Counted from the first letter of the stretch, positions 18,801-27,960 are shown. The stretch: 64,000 bases of DNA from an uncultured virus (IMG/VR IMGVR_UViG_3300020198_000011) (IMGVR_UViG_3300020198_000011), one strand, 5' to 3'. Notes: a model not told the origin generated them from the letters alone. Numbers and translations: made by a program.

Positions 18801-20127
18801 GGTGACGGGCATGGATCATTTGCCCCTGCGCCAGACCCATGCCCTGACTGGCAAACATCTGGCCGGCCGGCGCCGAGGCCTGGACCATCTGCGACGTGGA
18901 CATCCCGGCGGACTGGGCCGCGATCGTGAGCTGGCCCATGGTATTGGCGAACATCTGGGGATTGAACGGCGAGATGCCTATCTGGTTGATCATCGTGTCG
19001 ATGGTCTGGAGGTGCTCGCGGGCCGGGACGCCTATCTTGAAGAGCGTGACAACCGCTTCGCGCAGGTTCTTGATCCCCTGGAGGGCCTGGCTGGTCTGAC
19101 CGGTGAAGCGGAACATCCCGGTCTCGCCGCCGATGCGCACGAGCTCCTGGTACTCGCGGCTGGTGAAGAAACTGTCCGAGCCGACAATGCGAGCCATGTC
19201 CCGCATGACCCCCATCCGCTCGCGGGTGTCAATACCGCCGCCCAGCCGGCTCTCGCGCACGAACGGCGCCACGTAGTTGGCGAACTCGTTGCTCATCCGC
19301 TCGTAGGGGCGCGCCAGGGCCCCGATGGTCTGGTTGACCACCCCGCCCACCATCGACCCGGCGAAACCCAGCGCGGCGCTACCGACCGGCCCGCCCAGCG
19401 CCATGCCCGCCGCCCCGCCCAGGAGGCCCCCGACGGCTCCGATTCCCAGATCGAACATGCCAAAGCGCGCCAGACCGGCGAGGTTCTGCCCGAAGTAGTC
19501 CCGCCGCCGCTCCATCTGGCGGTACATCGAGTCTTCCAGGTTGTCATTCGGCGTCCGCCCGAAGACGGCCATCTGGGCCGCCACCCGCAGCTGATCGAAG
19601 ACCGAGCCCTCGCCCATGCCGAAGATCAGCCGGCTGCGGCGCGGATCGCCCGGCGCCCCGGTGGGTCCGAACTGTTGCAGGTAGCCCATGTTGACGTTGT
19701 AGGGAGTCGACATGGTGGGCCGGAACGGGTCGATCACCGGCGCCCCGCCGAACGGCTTGGTGAAGCTCGGCCCGAACCCACCCATCGGCGAGGGCCCGGC
19801 CAGCAGGGCCTGCTGCTGGAAGGCATCCTGCGCCAGGGCCGCCATCGGGCTCATCGCCATCGGCATCCCGGCCATGGCCTGCTGCTGGGCCAGCCACATC
19901 GCCCCCATGGCCGGGTTGAGCGCCGTGCCCATCGCCGGGGGCGCACCGGGCAGGTTGGCCGCGAACGCGTTCGACACCATGTTGGTCGACAGCCCGGAGA
20001 GCGAGTTCGCGATACGGGTCGCGGCGGTCTCGACATCCGAAACCGCCTGCCACACATCACTCCGATCCAGGGTGATGCGGTAGGGAATGGTGCGATCGTC
20101 GTCCGCCAAACCGGCCTCCATGGACAT
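15832..20127 (-). CDS. tape measure-like protein
   Basis: 1431 aa, helical and Ala/Gly/Met/Gln-rich, Gly-rich hydrophobic segments (GGLLGGAAGMALGGPVGSAALG); upstream of hub-like genes. Confidence 0.75.
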   Translation of the reverse strand: MSMEAGLADDDRTIPYRITLDRSDVWQAVSDVETAATRIANSLSGLSTNMVSNAFAANLPGAPPAMGTALNPAMGAMWLAQQQAMAGMPMAMSPMAALAQDAFQQQALLAGPSPMGGFGPSFTKPFGGAPVIDPFRPTMSTPYNVNMGYLQQFGPTGAPGDPRRSRLIFGMGEGSVFDQLRVAAQMAVFGRTPNDNLEDSMYRQMERRRDYFGQNLAGLARFGMFDLGIGAVGGLLGGAAGMALGGPVGSAALGFAGSMVGGVVNQTIGALARPYERMSNEFANYVAPFVRESRLGGGIDTRERMGVMRDMARIVGSDSFFTSREYQELVRIGGETGMFRFTGQTSQALQGIKNLREAVVTLFKIGVPAREHLQTIDTMINQIGISPFNPQMFANTMGQLTIAAQSAGMSTSQMVQASAPAGQMFASQGMGLAQGQMIHARHLAIGGELQRRGVLAPADMAYFGGNEGLATALTGATAAGFRTPFGQTYLANLFAPGGANMLAAMQGQAIPFSQVISGASTLAQNPMRLRTLQALMPRLLHNTPGLQESFDETALQNFRDMFPGSVGPDGKANLEHFMAFQAVTQGWTDQQLNAQYSRVAGGGEAAAGIRRSIADEVGKRSMETRRGPSIPRRFQKFLDRTVRQGAVGFWADISDWGLDRADDVENFLYGTYRYKPGAVADLARGGGETHIARANRIMEGLGTVGTAYGGPADPMAADWDTGRRLAIKDAVGRHDVQEQFLQLAQSQGGMTAAQAQGTLANMLAGAGTGPQAEAILNRVTALPTTLNTALSQVTADFRNRNSAFREDLDRAIASDTTLRTNADRDVARRITRNQLSEAQAAALDPDMVRRAQTVVGMVTTKKRQSQQVHVRALEALRSYRDNDDPSARALGRAGLRRLDGRESEFWAIDDEDARYDAFSQAIHGKRYADLDDREQRQVGYAMAASGEGQASPFDRDPLGTAAIDVSLVASATLAGAMFGGLPGAAVGFVGSSVGVLGASLGQRAFSGRESRAGRFYRQGDQRFLDERMLGLEQTNKRLETQAREMGGKLGDAAKYGSGGEQVANAGMLKRMTLAQLAMASGGDRGRFDALLAQAGLSKDDDLKAILNESGLNTTNFDRGVVDSYFKDVESRIGQFGGMQSDVLWGAWEDLSTRKPEDLAKNFGRFVTRERDLDRIREGGSPLSEDERRRVRDAFGLGAWDLRGGKAQALGSALEGTGADVDKTMAMLMLLEQDNEAALKLGLSGGLVRSLRRVGSSLSGGQLDTESLVPVFRQMGYDAEGAQEVAQDYVNRQADGSLDKEELKAKFLQAAGGILRGGYVGESLGGGTFAGQGILGAAAGSGLTASEQEQARFAQALENFTNKFSQAEFPKLSGEIAQLQEVIGRKDGATGLAGAIQKLDNTLTPLAKAAEGGMMNVRLKDIETNDKLKIET

Positions 20128-20286
20128 GATGCGCTCGACAAACTGGTATGACCAATGCTAGAGTGCTGGTACTGGAGCACCAGTGCGGCGCCACATTCGG
20201 CTTAGCAGCTTCCGTGCCAGCGGCCGGGGGTCTGGGGTCGACCCAGGGCGAACGATGGCGCCGCACATGATTCAAAGGCGGAAATT

Positions 20287-20687
20287 CTGAACTGGGCCGA
20301 TCCTCCGTCCTGCGGAGCCTTCCAAACCCGCGAGGCCCTGGACCATGCGTACGATGCAGCCGTAACCGAGATCGGGCGCCTGCGGACCGCGCTCGAAGCT
20401 GCGATCGCCGAGAAGTATCAGTACTACCGCCCGCCCATCGAGGGGACTTCACGATCTGCAAGCTCGATCTGCGCACGACGCTGCCGCCGGTCTTCGAGGA
20501 CGCACAGGGGAACGTGAACTGCGTGTTGACCCGGCTCGCCTCGGAGGTGTACGGCGCGACCAACCGCTATCTTCCGCGGTGGGAGGTCGTCAACGCCGCC
20601 TACTACCGCAAGCACTCCCACCTCTATGAAGGTTGGATCCCGCTGGGCGACCAGGAGTTGCCGCCCGAAGCGCCGAAGGTCGGATAG
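20287..20687 (+). pseudogene. hypothetical protein with CTG start and apparent frameshift at G4 (20442-20445)
   Basis: Coding-like reading LNWADPP..KYQYYRPPIEG continues as DFTICKLDLRTTLPPVF..PKVG* only after a -1 shift. Confidence 0.45.
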
Positions 20688-21242
20688 GTGGTCGTCTGGT
20701 ACCACGGCACCGATCCAGCGAACGTGGGGAGCATCCTGGAGAAGGGCTTCAAGGCCGGCACCTACTTCGCCAGGGACATGGGTTCCGCGCTGCATTTCGG
20801 CGGCAATGTGATCTTCGAGGTCGTCTTCGATGCCGAGCCCACGACCGACTGGCAGTACGTCTGCTCCGAGGTCGTCGAGCCCCGCCGCATCCGCCTGGTA
20901 TTCGAGACCAACCCCCGGATCCTCTACCGGAATCATGATGTCCAGGGGGCCATCATGCTCGCGAACTTCCGCGAGGAACATGGCGACCATGCCGAGATCT
21001 GCCCCCAGTGCCGTGGCCGTGGTCAGGACGAGGACTACCCGCCCTTCGTGCGCTGGCGAGACAACCTGCCGGTCACGCGCTGCAAGGGCTGCGAGGGCCA
21101 CGGTTACCAGCTCCCGTGTGTTGAGTGTGGCGATTTGGTCCCGGTTCCGGGGCACCGTTGCTGGCGGGTGGGTGGCTGGACGACCCCCTCTGTGTCAGAC
21201 GTTCCTGAGCCCGCAGGGCCAGGGCCAAGGAGCCAACCCTAG
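20688..21242 (+). CDS. ADP-ribosyltransferase-fold protein with C-terminal CxxCxGxG zinc finger
   Basis: WYHGT...ILEKGF..GTYFARD...WQYV (H-Y-x ART/Tpt1-like); CPQCRGRG, CKGCEGHG. Confidence 0.6.
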   Translation: MVVWYHGTDPANVGSILEKGFKAGTYFARDMGSALHFGGNVIFEVVFDAEPTTDWQYVCSEVVEPRRIRLVFETNPRILYRNHDVQGAIMLANFREEHGDHAEICPQCRGRGQDEDYPPFVRWRDNLPVTRCKGCEGHGYQLPCVECGDLVPVPGHRCWRVGGWTTPSVSDVPEPAGPGPRSQP

Positions 21243-21631
21243 TCGTCGTCCAGGCAATTCCCCGCCGGATCCACCGGCACGCTAGCCGTCGCCAACGCCT
21301 GCGGCTCGCCGAGATACACATTGCCCGGGTCTTCCGCCGGCCCTGATTGGATGGTCGCCACCACGGCCACCACCGGCCCGGGGCCCAGACAGGCCCGAAA
21401 AGATCCCGCGCGCTTGCGCGGTCCGACCAGCGGCGAAGATCCCGCGCGGCACGCGACGTAGAAGAACAGATCCGACGGGACCCGATCGCCCTGGACCCGC
21501 GCGTCGATGTCGACGTCCCGCCAGGAGATCTCGACCCAGCCACGACCCACCGGCTCGATCGCCAACCGCGGCTCGGCCACCGGAACGGAAAACCAGGCGA
21601 CAAGGCTCGCAGCCAGCAACGCCTTAAGCAT
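21239..21631 (-). CDS. putative secreted protein
   Basis: N-terminal signal-like MLKALLAASLVAWFSVPVA. Confidence 0.55.
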   Translation of the reverse strand: MLKALLAASLVAWFSVPVAEPRLAIEPVGRGWVEISWRDVDIDARVQGDRVPSDLFFYVACRAGSSPLVGPRKRAGSFRACLGPGPVVAVVATIQSGPAEDPGNVYLGEPQALATASVPVDPAGNCLDDD

Positions 21632-21938
21632 CGCGCCCCTCCAGAACGGCTAGCACCACCGCCCGCTCGATGTCTTCGATGGGTTCGAGTTCGTCGTCGT
21701 CTTCCAGGCGCATGATTAGCGGGGTCGCCTCGGAGCCATAGGCCCGCTCGCGCGCCTCGCACTCCGGGCAACCCTCGACCAGCAGCCGGTGATACGCGGC
21801 CTCCCTGGCATCGTCCTGGGGCTGCATCACGGCGTAGCTCACACCGCGCACCTCGACGACATTGATGACGTCGTAGGGGCAGTCCCGGCCTTCTTCGTCC
21901 TCGAAAACCACCACCGTGCCGTACTCACCGCTGAACAC
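21624..21938 (-). CDS. DUF1292-like acidic protein
   Basis: VFEDEEGRD..YDVINVVEVRGVSYAVMQP...MRLEDDDELEPIED; GGAGG RBS. Confidence 0.6.
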   Translation of the reverse strand: MFSGEYGTVVVFEDEEGRDCPYDVINVVEVRGVSYAVMQPQDDAREAAYHRLLVEGCPECEARERAYGSEATPLIMRLEDDDELEPIEDIERAVVLAVLEGRDA

Positions 21939-22008
21939 CTGGGCCTCCTGGAACCAGAGCCCCCGATCCGTGCGGCGAATCAGGGGCTCCCGCTAACGCA
22001 GGGGAGGG

Positions 22009-22479
22009 TTACTTGTTGGTCTCCGACAGTTCGATCTTCACGCCGTAGCTGAAGGTCGCCGCAGTGCCACCGATCTTGCCGTGGACCCGGATGTAGTCCG
22101 GGGCGTCGCTGAACGCCACGCTCTGCGAGGACGCCGAGGTGGTCACCTGGGTGAAAGACACCAGCGGGTAGCAGTCACTGGCCTGTGCGCTGGCGCCCAT
22201 CACGGCCGAGAAGCAGCCATCGACACTCACGTCCAACGTCGGGTTGGCGCTGGCGGTGCCGGCGGCCGACCAAAGATAGGCCCGACCCTTCTCGCCGAAG
22301 CTGGTGCGCCGGGAGGCCAAGCCGGCGATCTTGGTGGCGATCGGCGTGCCATAGGTATTGGCAGCCGTGCGCTGGGCATACGCCAGACCCGTGAAGAGCC
22401 GGGTCTGGTAGGCCCATGCCGGCAGGGCCACCGCGCCAGCGAGCACGGCGCCGGCCATGACCATCTTGAGCTTGTTCAT
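22009..22479 (-). CDS. signal-peptide-bearing beta-sandwich protein, possibly virion-associated
   Basis: MNKLKMVMAGAVLAGAVALPAWA leader; preceded by GAGGAG and motif copy 3. Confidence 0.7.
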   Translation of the reverse strand: MNKLKMVMAGAVLAGAVALPAWAYQTRLFTGLAYAQRTAANTYGTPIATKIAGLASRRTSFGEKGRAYLWSAAGTASANPTLDVSVDGCFSAVMGASAQASDCYPLVSFTQVTTSASSQSVAFSDAPDYIRVHGKIGGTAATFSYGVKIELSETNK

Positions 22480-22513
22480 GGATTTTTTTTCTCCTCGCTG
22501 GGGGAATGACCCT

Positions 22514-22528
22514 CTGCTGGGATTATAG
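22514..22528 (-). promoter_or_regulatory. conserved putative late promoter motif CTATAATCCCAGCAG (copy 3)
   Basis: Exact 15-mer in intergenic DNA. Confidence 0.75.
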
Positions 22529-22574
22529 CGAGGGGCCCAGACGATCCCCGGCCTCGCCGGGACCGGGACTAACC

Positions 22575-23237
22575 CTAGGCTTGCGCCCGCTTGGCCCGAT
22601 CAGCCTGGACTACGAAGCGCGCCTGGTCGAGAAGCCCATCGAGCCGCAAGCCGCTGTCGAGAAAGTACGTGGCGTACGCAACGCTCTTGAGCTCGTCCAC
22701 GATGCCATCCAGACGCTCGGCCACCACCGCTGGCGACCGCCCCTGGCCGCGCATACGGCGCTCCAACTCCTCCAGATCGACATAGGCGCCCCCGAATCGC
22801 GGGTTCGGCACGAATCCATCAGTCAGCGCCGAGACCGCATACGGCGACAACGGCGGCATGGTCCAGAGCACGCAGCAATCGAGACCCGCATCCCGCAACT
22901 CGAAGTAGCCGTAGCGATCGACCACCGTGACCAGATCGCCCTCCGCCAGCTTGTCATGCACCTCGCGCCGCGAGAGACCGTAGAACTTCCCCGAGCCCTT
23001 GGGGACCTCGTTGCGCTCAACGAACTCGCCCGCCGCCGCCAGGGCATCGTAGTGGTCCCTGGTGACGAAGTGGTAGTGAATGCCATCCACCTCACCATCC
23101 CGCATGGGCCGGGTCGTATGGCTGACGGCCACCAGCATGCCTGGCAGCTTGGCCAGCTCGCGCTCGCAACTGGTCTTGCCAGTGCCCGCCGAGGGCCCCA
23201 TCAGCAGGTAGAAGCGGCCGCTAGTCGATCGGGTCAT
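22575..23237 (-). CDS. gmk: guanylate kinase
   Basis: GPSAGTGKTS P-loop, VSHTTRPMRDGEVDGIHYHFV, FYG. Confidence 0.9.
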   Translation of the reverse strand: MTRSTSGRFYLLMGPSAGTGKTSCERELAKLPGMLVAVSHTTRPMRDGEVDGIHYHFVTRDHYDALAAAGEFVERNEVPKGSGKFYGLSRREVHDKLAEGDLVTVVDRYGYFELRDAGLDCCVLWTMPPLSPYAVSALTDGFVPNPRFGGAYVDLEELERRMRGQGRSPAVVAERLDGIVDELKSVAYATYFLDSGLRLDGLLDQARFVVQADRAKRAQA

Positions 23238-23297
23238 AATCGGTACATTCGCAATGCCGCATCACCAGATCGGGCGACCCACAACGATCGCAGCACA

Positions 23298-23780
23298 TCA
23301 GAATGGAATCGAGTCCTCGAACTCGGCCGGTACCTCGCCGGCGTCGTAGTTCGGGCCCGCCGGCTCGGGACGCGCCGCCGAGCGCTCTTGCGCCTCGCGA
23401 TCGCCAGGGCTGTCGTACTGGCTGCGCCGACCGCCACAGAAGGTCAACTTCTCGGCCACGATGTAGTTGACCGTGATCGTCTTGTCCTTGGGCGCCCAGT
23501 CGGGCGTGTACTTGTCCTGGGCCAGGTGCCCGGTCACCAAAATCTCGTCGCCCTTCTTCCAGTGATCGACCAGGAACTGGCCGGTCTTGTGGTAGGCCTT
23601 GAGGGTGTACCACTCGGTGCGCCGGACCGCCTTGCCCTCTTCGTCCTTCTTGCCGCTGTAGACGTCGACGGCGATGTTGACGCGCGCCACACACCCCGGA
23701 TCTCGCTGGCCGGGCTTGGTATCGAACCAGTGGATCTCGGGATCGGCACCCAGCCGCCCCTTGAGGTTCACGGAATTCAT
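23298..23780 (-). CDS. ssb: single-stranded DNA-binding protein
   Basis: MNSVNLKGRLGADPE...TEW...KKGDEILVTGHL; acidic tail EDSIPF. Confidence 0.95.
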   Translation of the reverse strand: MNSVNLKGRLGADPEIHWFDTKPGQRDPGCVARVNIAVDVYSGKKDEEGKAVRRTEWYTLKAYHKTGQFLVDHWKKGDEILVTGHLAQDKYTPDWAPKDKTITVNYIVAEKLTFCGGRRSQYDSPGDREAQERSAARPEPAGPNYDAGEVPAEFEDSIPF

Positions 23781-23794
23781 CGGCCACTCCCTTC

Positions 23795-23833
23795 TGGTCC
23801 TACCACTCTAACATGGCCCTACCAAGCGAACAA
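23795..23833 (-). promoter_or_regulatory. sigma70-type ssb promoter with two TGGT-N3-ACCA-type operators
   Basis: TTGTTC-17-TAGAGT; operators 23795-23805 (perfect) and 23814-23824 (1 mismatch). Confidence 0.7.
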
Positions 23834-23857
23834 GCACCAGCGAAACGTAAGGAATAC

Positions 23858-24142
23858 TTACGTTTTGGATCCCTTGGTTAGCTTGGCCCGGCGCATATGA
23901 TGACCTACCGAGTTGCTACCTTCGAGGCCCATGAATTCAGATATCCGGGAATACGACGCTCCGAGATGCTCGCGCAGCACCACCATGGCTTCGTGACGCG
24001 CCAGGTATAGCTCGGCCATGTCGACCGCAAGGGTTTCGATCGGTAAACCGTACTTGCGCGCGATAGGCGCAATGGCCTCGCGCATTTCCGCGTCGGTGAG
24101 CCGGTGGGTACCGCGGCGATAGGACCGATAGGTGACGGTCAT
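23858..24142 (-). CDS. DnaA C-terminal (domain IV)-like HTH protein
   Basis: IARKYGLPIETL...ARHEAMVVLREHLGASYSRISEFMG..NSVGH. Confidence 0.65.
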   Translation of the reverse strand: MTVTYRSYRRGTHRLTDAEMREAIAPIARKYGLPIETLAVDMAELYLARHEAMVVLREHLGASYSRISEFMGLEGSNSVGHHMRRAKLTKGSKT

Positions 24143-24333
24143 GACCTTCCCGCCAACTCGGCTCGGGCCTCCAGGTAGAGTCGGTGTGCCGCGACTGCCG
24201 TGTCGCAACTCCCCAGATACCGCGACCGGCCGTCCACCGAGAGCTGCGCCAGATACCGTCCGGTACGCTCACGGTACGTGACGCCACGAAAGCCAGTCGA
24301 GTTATTGGAGTGCATCTTTCTTGACGTCTTCAT
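24139..24333 (-). CDS. stand-alone AP2 DNA-binding domain protein
   Basis: NNSTGFRGVTYRERTGRYLAQLSVDGRSRYLGSCDTAVAAHRLY. Confidence 0.8.
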   Translation of the reverse strand: MKTSRKMHSNNSTGFRGVTYRERTGRYLAQLSVDGRSRYLGSCDTAVAAHRLYLEARAELAGRS

Positions 24334-24608
24334 GGCTTCGGTAACGGCTCTCCCTTGGGCATCTTCGCTGGCCCGCGGACGACCGGCGTACAGTCGAGAA
24401 GCACCTGCTTGCACCGGCCGCATTGCGGCACGGCCTTGCGGGTACCCGACGCGCTCCGGGCGATATCGCAGCTCTTACAGTAGGCACGCAACCCGTCGGG
24501 CTTGGCGCGGTCGACATAGAATTCGGCGACCGGGTGCCAGTGCTCGCAGAGCGCACAGAACTTGCAGGTCTGGAGACCTTGCTCCGCATCGCCGCGGACC
24601 TTCCTCAT
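24330..24608 (-). CDS. zinc-finger protein
   Basis: CALCEHWHPVAEFY...DGLRAYCKSC, CGRC. Confidence 0.65.
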   Translation of the reverse strand: MRKVRGDAEQGLQTCKFCALCEHWHPVAEFYVDRAKPDGLRAYCKSCDIARSASGTRKAVPQCGRCKQVLLDCTPVVRGPAKMPKGEPLPKP

Positions 24609-24771
24609 GCCGGCCGGATCTCTCGGACGGGCTCCAGGTGGGCGTAGTCGGCCGCCAGGAACCGCGCCTGGAGCTCGGGGTCGTGCCAATCCCGAATACC
24701 AAGGACGGTGCCGTCCTTGACGTGGACCGTGAACTGCCGGGCCGGGCCGGCCACCGGGCGTGCCTCCTGGG

Positions 24772-25014
24772 TCACAGCGATACTCCTCCGTTATCCGGAC
24801 ACGGACACCCGGAGGCCTTCTCGCCCCCGCAGATGTCACAGAACCGTGCGAAGACCGCCAGGCGCTCGGCGGTCGTCATCGCCCGCAGAATCGCCAACGG
24901 CTCCCTGTCTTGAAGTATACCTGACAGACCGGACATTATGGCGTCGAGATCCTTGTGCATGCCCGCCAACTGATCGAGCACGGCTCGCTCACGTGCCTGG
25001 CGATACCGAGACAT
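24772..25014 (-). CDS. hypothetical protein
   Basis: MSRYRQARERAVLDQL..., coupled to upstream stop. Confidence 0.55.
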   Translation of the reverse strand: MSRYRQARERAVLDQLAGMHKDLDAIMSGLSGILQDREPLAILRAMTTAERLAVFARFCDICGGEKASGCPCPDNGGVSL

Positions 25015-25523
25015 CAGCCCGCCGCCCCCCGCATCAACTGCTGGTAGTCGAACTTGCTGCCCAGGGCCTCCCTGATGCCGATCAACCTCTCCCCCCTGTA
25101 GCACAAAAACTTGCCATCGTAGAGCACGACCTGGGCGGGGACCACCGCACCCTGAAACACGAAATCCCGCCCCAGATCGGTGATGCGGTAGAACCCCACC
25201 CGGGGCGACCCGTCCTCGCGGGTACCTGTCTTTGGCTCGATGAGGCCCCAGTACTTGAGCTTGGCCACGTCGCCGCCGGCCACCGTGGTGGGCGGCAGGT
25301 TGCGCCACTGGGCGAACAGACGCTCCATGTGGACCCATTCGCCCGGATGTGCCAGATCGTGCTGCGCCAGGATGATGAGACCCACCGCCATACCCGCCGA
25401 CAAATTGCGGTAATACCGCTTGACCAGCTGGTTGCAACAGGGGCAGTTTGTGGGAATGTCCCGCTTGAAGGCGTCCCGCAGCCAGGCCTTCGCCTCGGCC
25501 AATGATAGCTTCGCTGGATCCAT
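25014..25523 (-). CDS. hypothetical phage protein (winged-helix-like)
   Basis: CPCCNQLVKRY...KLKYWGLIEP...GFYRITDLG; likely leaderless (TTGCTC-17-TATGGT, ATG 6 nt later). Confidence 0.7.
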   Translation of the reverse strand: MDPAKLSLAEAKAWLRDAFKRDIPTNCPCCNQLVKRYYRNLSAGMAVGLIILAQHDLAHPGEWVHMERLFAQWRNLPPTTVAGGDVAKLKYWGLIEPKTGTREDGSPRVGFYRITDLGRDFVFQGAVVPAQVVLYDGKFLCYRGERLIGIREALGSKFDYQQLMRGAAG

Positions 25524-25682
25524 GGTCTTACCATATCAGACCACTTCCAGCCGAGCAATGGTCACGAAAAGTACAAAATCCTCCCAGGCCGAAATTCCAG
25601 ACACGGGCATTCCGGATCGCTACATCCGGCCAGGTTGCGTTGACCGTGGTGGCGGGCCTTGGCATGCTCGCACAGGCAGTAA

Positions 25683-26546
25683 TCAACGTGCAACTCCGGA
25701 CTCCTCTCGCCCATCGGCATCGAGCACGATCACCCCCTGCTCCAGCGCCCGGGCGACCACGCGCTCCTGCTGCTGACGGTTGAGATGGGTGCCAGTCTGG
25801 CGCAATAAAGCATCGAGCTCCACTCGCAAGCGACCAATCTCGACTTGCTCGGCGTCCAGTTCGATGCCAATCCCCCGACGCCCCAGCCGCTGGCAAGCCA
25901 CCAGGGTCGTACCCGAGCCACAAGCCGGGTCGACCACGAGGTCCCCTGGATCGGTATAGGTGCGCAACATGTACTCGATCAGCGCCACCGGCTTCTGCGT
26001 TGAATGCCAGACAGGCCCTTCGGTCTCGGCAGTCTTGAAGTACAACTTGTTGGTCGGCTGACGTACCCCGGTATCGCTCTTGACCCGCACGGGCGCGAAA
26101 TGCCGGTACACTCCGGTATCGGCCGCCTTGCGCACGCCCTTGTCGTAGGGGTCGCCCACCTGGAGTTGGGGGTGGTAGGTCGGCTTCTTGCGATAGAACA
26201 CCACCACCTCCTCGACCTTACGCAGGGGCTGATGACTGACATTGAGGTAATTGGTCGGTTTCGACTTCTCCCAGTACCAGGTGTACTTGTACCAGCGGGG
26301 GTTCGAGAGCTTGGCGACCGCCGAGAAGAGTTCGGCCGCGCAGACCAGCACGACGCCGTTGGGTCGCAGGATGCGCCGCCAGTGGGGCCAGAGCGCCTCG
26401 AAGGGAATGAACTGGTCCCACTTGGCCGCGGTCAGGACGTAAGGCAGATCCGCAAAGACCAGCGCCGCCACTCCATCCGGGATCTCGGCCAGGCGCCGGA
26501 GGCAATCACCGTGCCAGATGTGGACATCCGCCGGGCCACCATTCAT
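25683..26546 (-). CDS. site-specific DNA methyltransferase (N4-C/N6-A, beta class)
   Basis: GDC..., DLPY, HSTQKPVALIEY, DPACGSGTT, GIGIELD. Confidence 0.92.
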   Translation of the reverse strand: MNGGPADVHIWHGDCLRRLAEIPDGVAALVFADLPYVLTAAKWDQFIPFEALWPHWRRILRPNGVVLVCAAELFSAVAKLSNPRWYKYTWYWEKSKPTNYLNVSHQPLRKVEEVVVFYRKKPTYHPQLQVGDPYDKGVRKAADTGVYRHFAPVRVKSDTGVRQPTNKLYFKTAETEGPVWHSTQKPVALIEYMLRTYTDPGDLVVDPACGSGTTLVACQRLGRRGIGIELDAEQVEIGRLRVELDALLRQTGTHLNRQQQERVVARALEQGVIVLDADGREESGVAR

Positions 26547-26646
26547 GGCAGCACCGCCAGCAGCGCGCCAGGAGCCAGAAGCCCGACCAGGTCGTCACGG
26601 GATGGGCGGCATGACATTCCGGGCAACAAGTAGGGACGCGCACGCA

Positions 26647-27180
26647 CTACTGATACTTCTTGACCAGGGCCTCGACCTGGCCACGCGCCTGGGTACGCCA
26701 TTCTGCCTGCTGCTCGCTGGTCAGCTGCGACCAGTCGGCCGGATGGCCCTGCGCGCAATAGAGCAACCGCGCGGTCATGGCCAGCAGGTTGTCAATCAGG
26801 ACATGATTGAGTCGCTGGGTCTTCTTGAGATCCCGCGCCAACCGCTTGGCTCCCTCGACGGCCGCATCCCGCTCCTCTACCAAGAAACCCACGGTCTCGA
26901 AGAGCGCAAACGCCTGGCTCTCGGGACTATCCGGACGGACGCTGATGACTTCTGGCTGGAGATGAGCGGTCCGCTTGAATTCGGTCATGATCTGCTCGAC
27001 CATCTCAGCAGGCATCTCGGGGGCCGGCACGGCCTCGACATGACCAAACGGCTGCGCCGGCAACTCGAACCGGCCGAGGCGCGGATCCCACGCCGGAGGC
27101 CGCCAGCCACCACCGCCAGGCCCGAGATCGGCATTACCATGGGAGCCACCATACAGACCGGTCTGGTCGAACAAGGGCAT
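26647..27180 (-). CDS. hypothetical coiled-coil protein
   Basis: MPLFDQTGLYGG..., coupled start. Confidence 0.6.
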   Translation of the reverse strand: MPLFDQTGLYGGSHGNADLGPGGGGWRPPAWDPRLGRFELPAQPFGHVEAVPAPEMPAEMVEQIMTEFKRTAHLQPEVISVRPDSPESQAFALFETVGFLVEERDAAVEGAKRLARDLKKTQRLNHVLIDNLLAMTARLLYCAQGHPADWSQLTSEQQAEWRTQARGQVEALVKKYQ

Positions 27181-27443
27181 CAAGATTTTCCTTTCAAATC
27201 GGCTTCGAGCTGGCGCTCGATGGCCTTGCGCCGAAAGCCATGGAAATACAGCCACTCCAGGCTAGCGGCCATCAGGCGATACACGCCCCGGGACATGACG
27301 TAACAGCCAAAGCCCGAAACGATAGCCAGAATCAGGCCACGGGAACCCAAGGGCGGGACCTGGGACCACGCCAGGTGGACCGCGAGCACGATGAAAGCGA
27401 TCTGGACCAGGCGGGCCAGCAGCTCCAGCTTGACGACCGTCAC
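27180..27443 (-). CDS. small membrane protein (2 TM)
   Basis: Two hydrophobic segments and a charged C-terminus. Confidence 0.6.
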   Translation of the reverse strand: MTVVKLELLARLVQIAFIVLAVHLAWSQVPPLGSRGLILAIVSGFGCYVMSRGVYRLMAASLEWLYFHGFRRKAIERQLEADLKGKS

Positions 27444-27610
27444 GGGCTCGCCACCGCCGCGGACTCGCTCGCCAGACTGTCCTGCATTCGGCCGGGCTCG
27501 ACGCGGACTACCAGGCCGATATCGCGCATGACCCAGGCCCGGCAGCCGAGCAGCGCCAGCAGAACCCCGGCAACGATGGCCCCGGCCATGGCCAATTGCC
27601 GCACACTCAT
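27440..27610 (-). CDS. small membrane protein
   Basis: MSVRQLAMAGAIVAGVLLALLGCRAW; ATGA overlap. Confidence 0.45.
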   Translation of the reverse strand: MSVRQLAMAGAIVAGVLLALLGCRAWVMRDIGLVVRVEPGRMQDSLASESAAVASP

Positions 27611-27960
27611 GGCGAACATGGCTTGAACCGCGAGAGGTAGATGCGGTGGCCGCTGGCCGTCCCGTACGCGCTCACGATGACCGCGGCCCCGAAGGGTCGC
27701 CAGCCCTTGCCGGCATACTCCCGGGCTTCGGTGATCCCCTGGGCCACCACGATGTCGTAGGCCTCGGCGCAGGGCTGGGGCAGCATTAACGTAAGATCGC
27801 CCTGCTGCTTGATATTATAGCCCCCGGGGTCACTCGGGGTCGGCGTAATACTGACGGGAGCCGGGGATGACTTGAGGGCCGCGACGGCCGGCCAGACAGC
27901 CACAGCCATGGCCATGGCGCCAATAGCCATGCCGATGATCGTGTCGCGCTCCCAGCCCAT
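27607..27960 (-). CDS. membrane-anchored hypothetical protein
   Basis: N-terminal TM IIGMAIGAMAMAVAVW. Confidence 0.6.
   Translation of the reverse strand: MGWERDTIIGMAIGAMAMAVAVWPAVAALKSSPAPVSITPTPSDPGGYNIKQQGDLTLMLPQPCAEAYDIVVAQGITEAREYAGKGWRPFGAAVIVSAYGTASGHRIYLSRFKPCSP

Noticed and set aside
17359..20151. 930-aa plus-strand ORF, and similar long ORFs at 8187-9626, 13900-15498, 22506-23900 and 54141-56315
   Set aside because: Antisense shadows of real genes in high-GC DNA; no recognisable motifs and Arg/His/Gly-skewed composition
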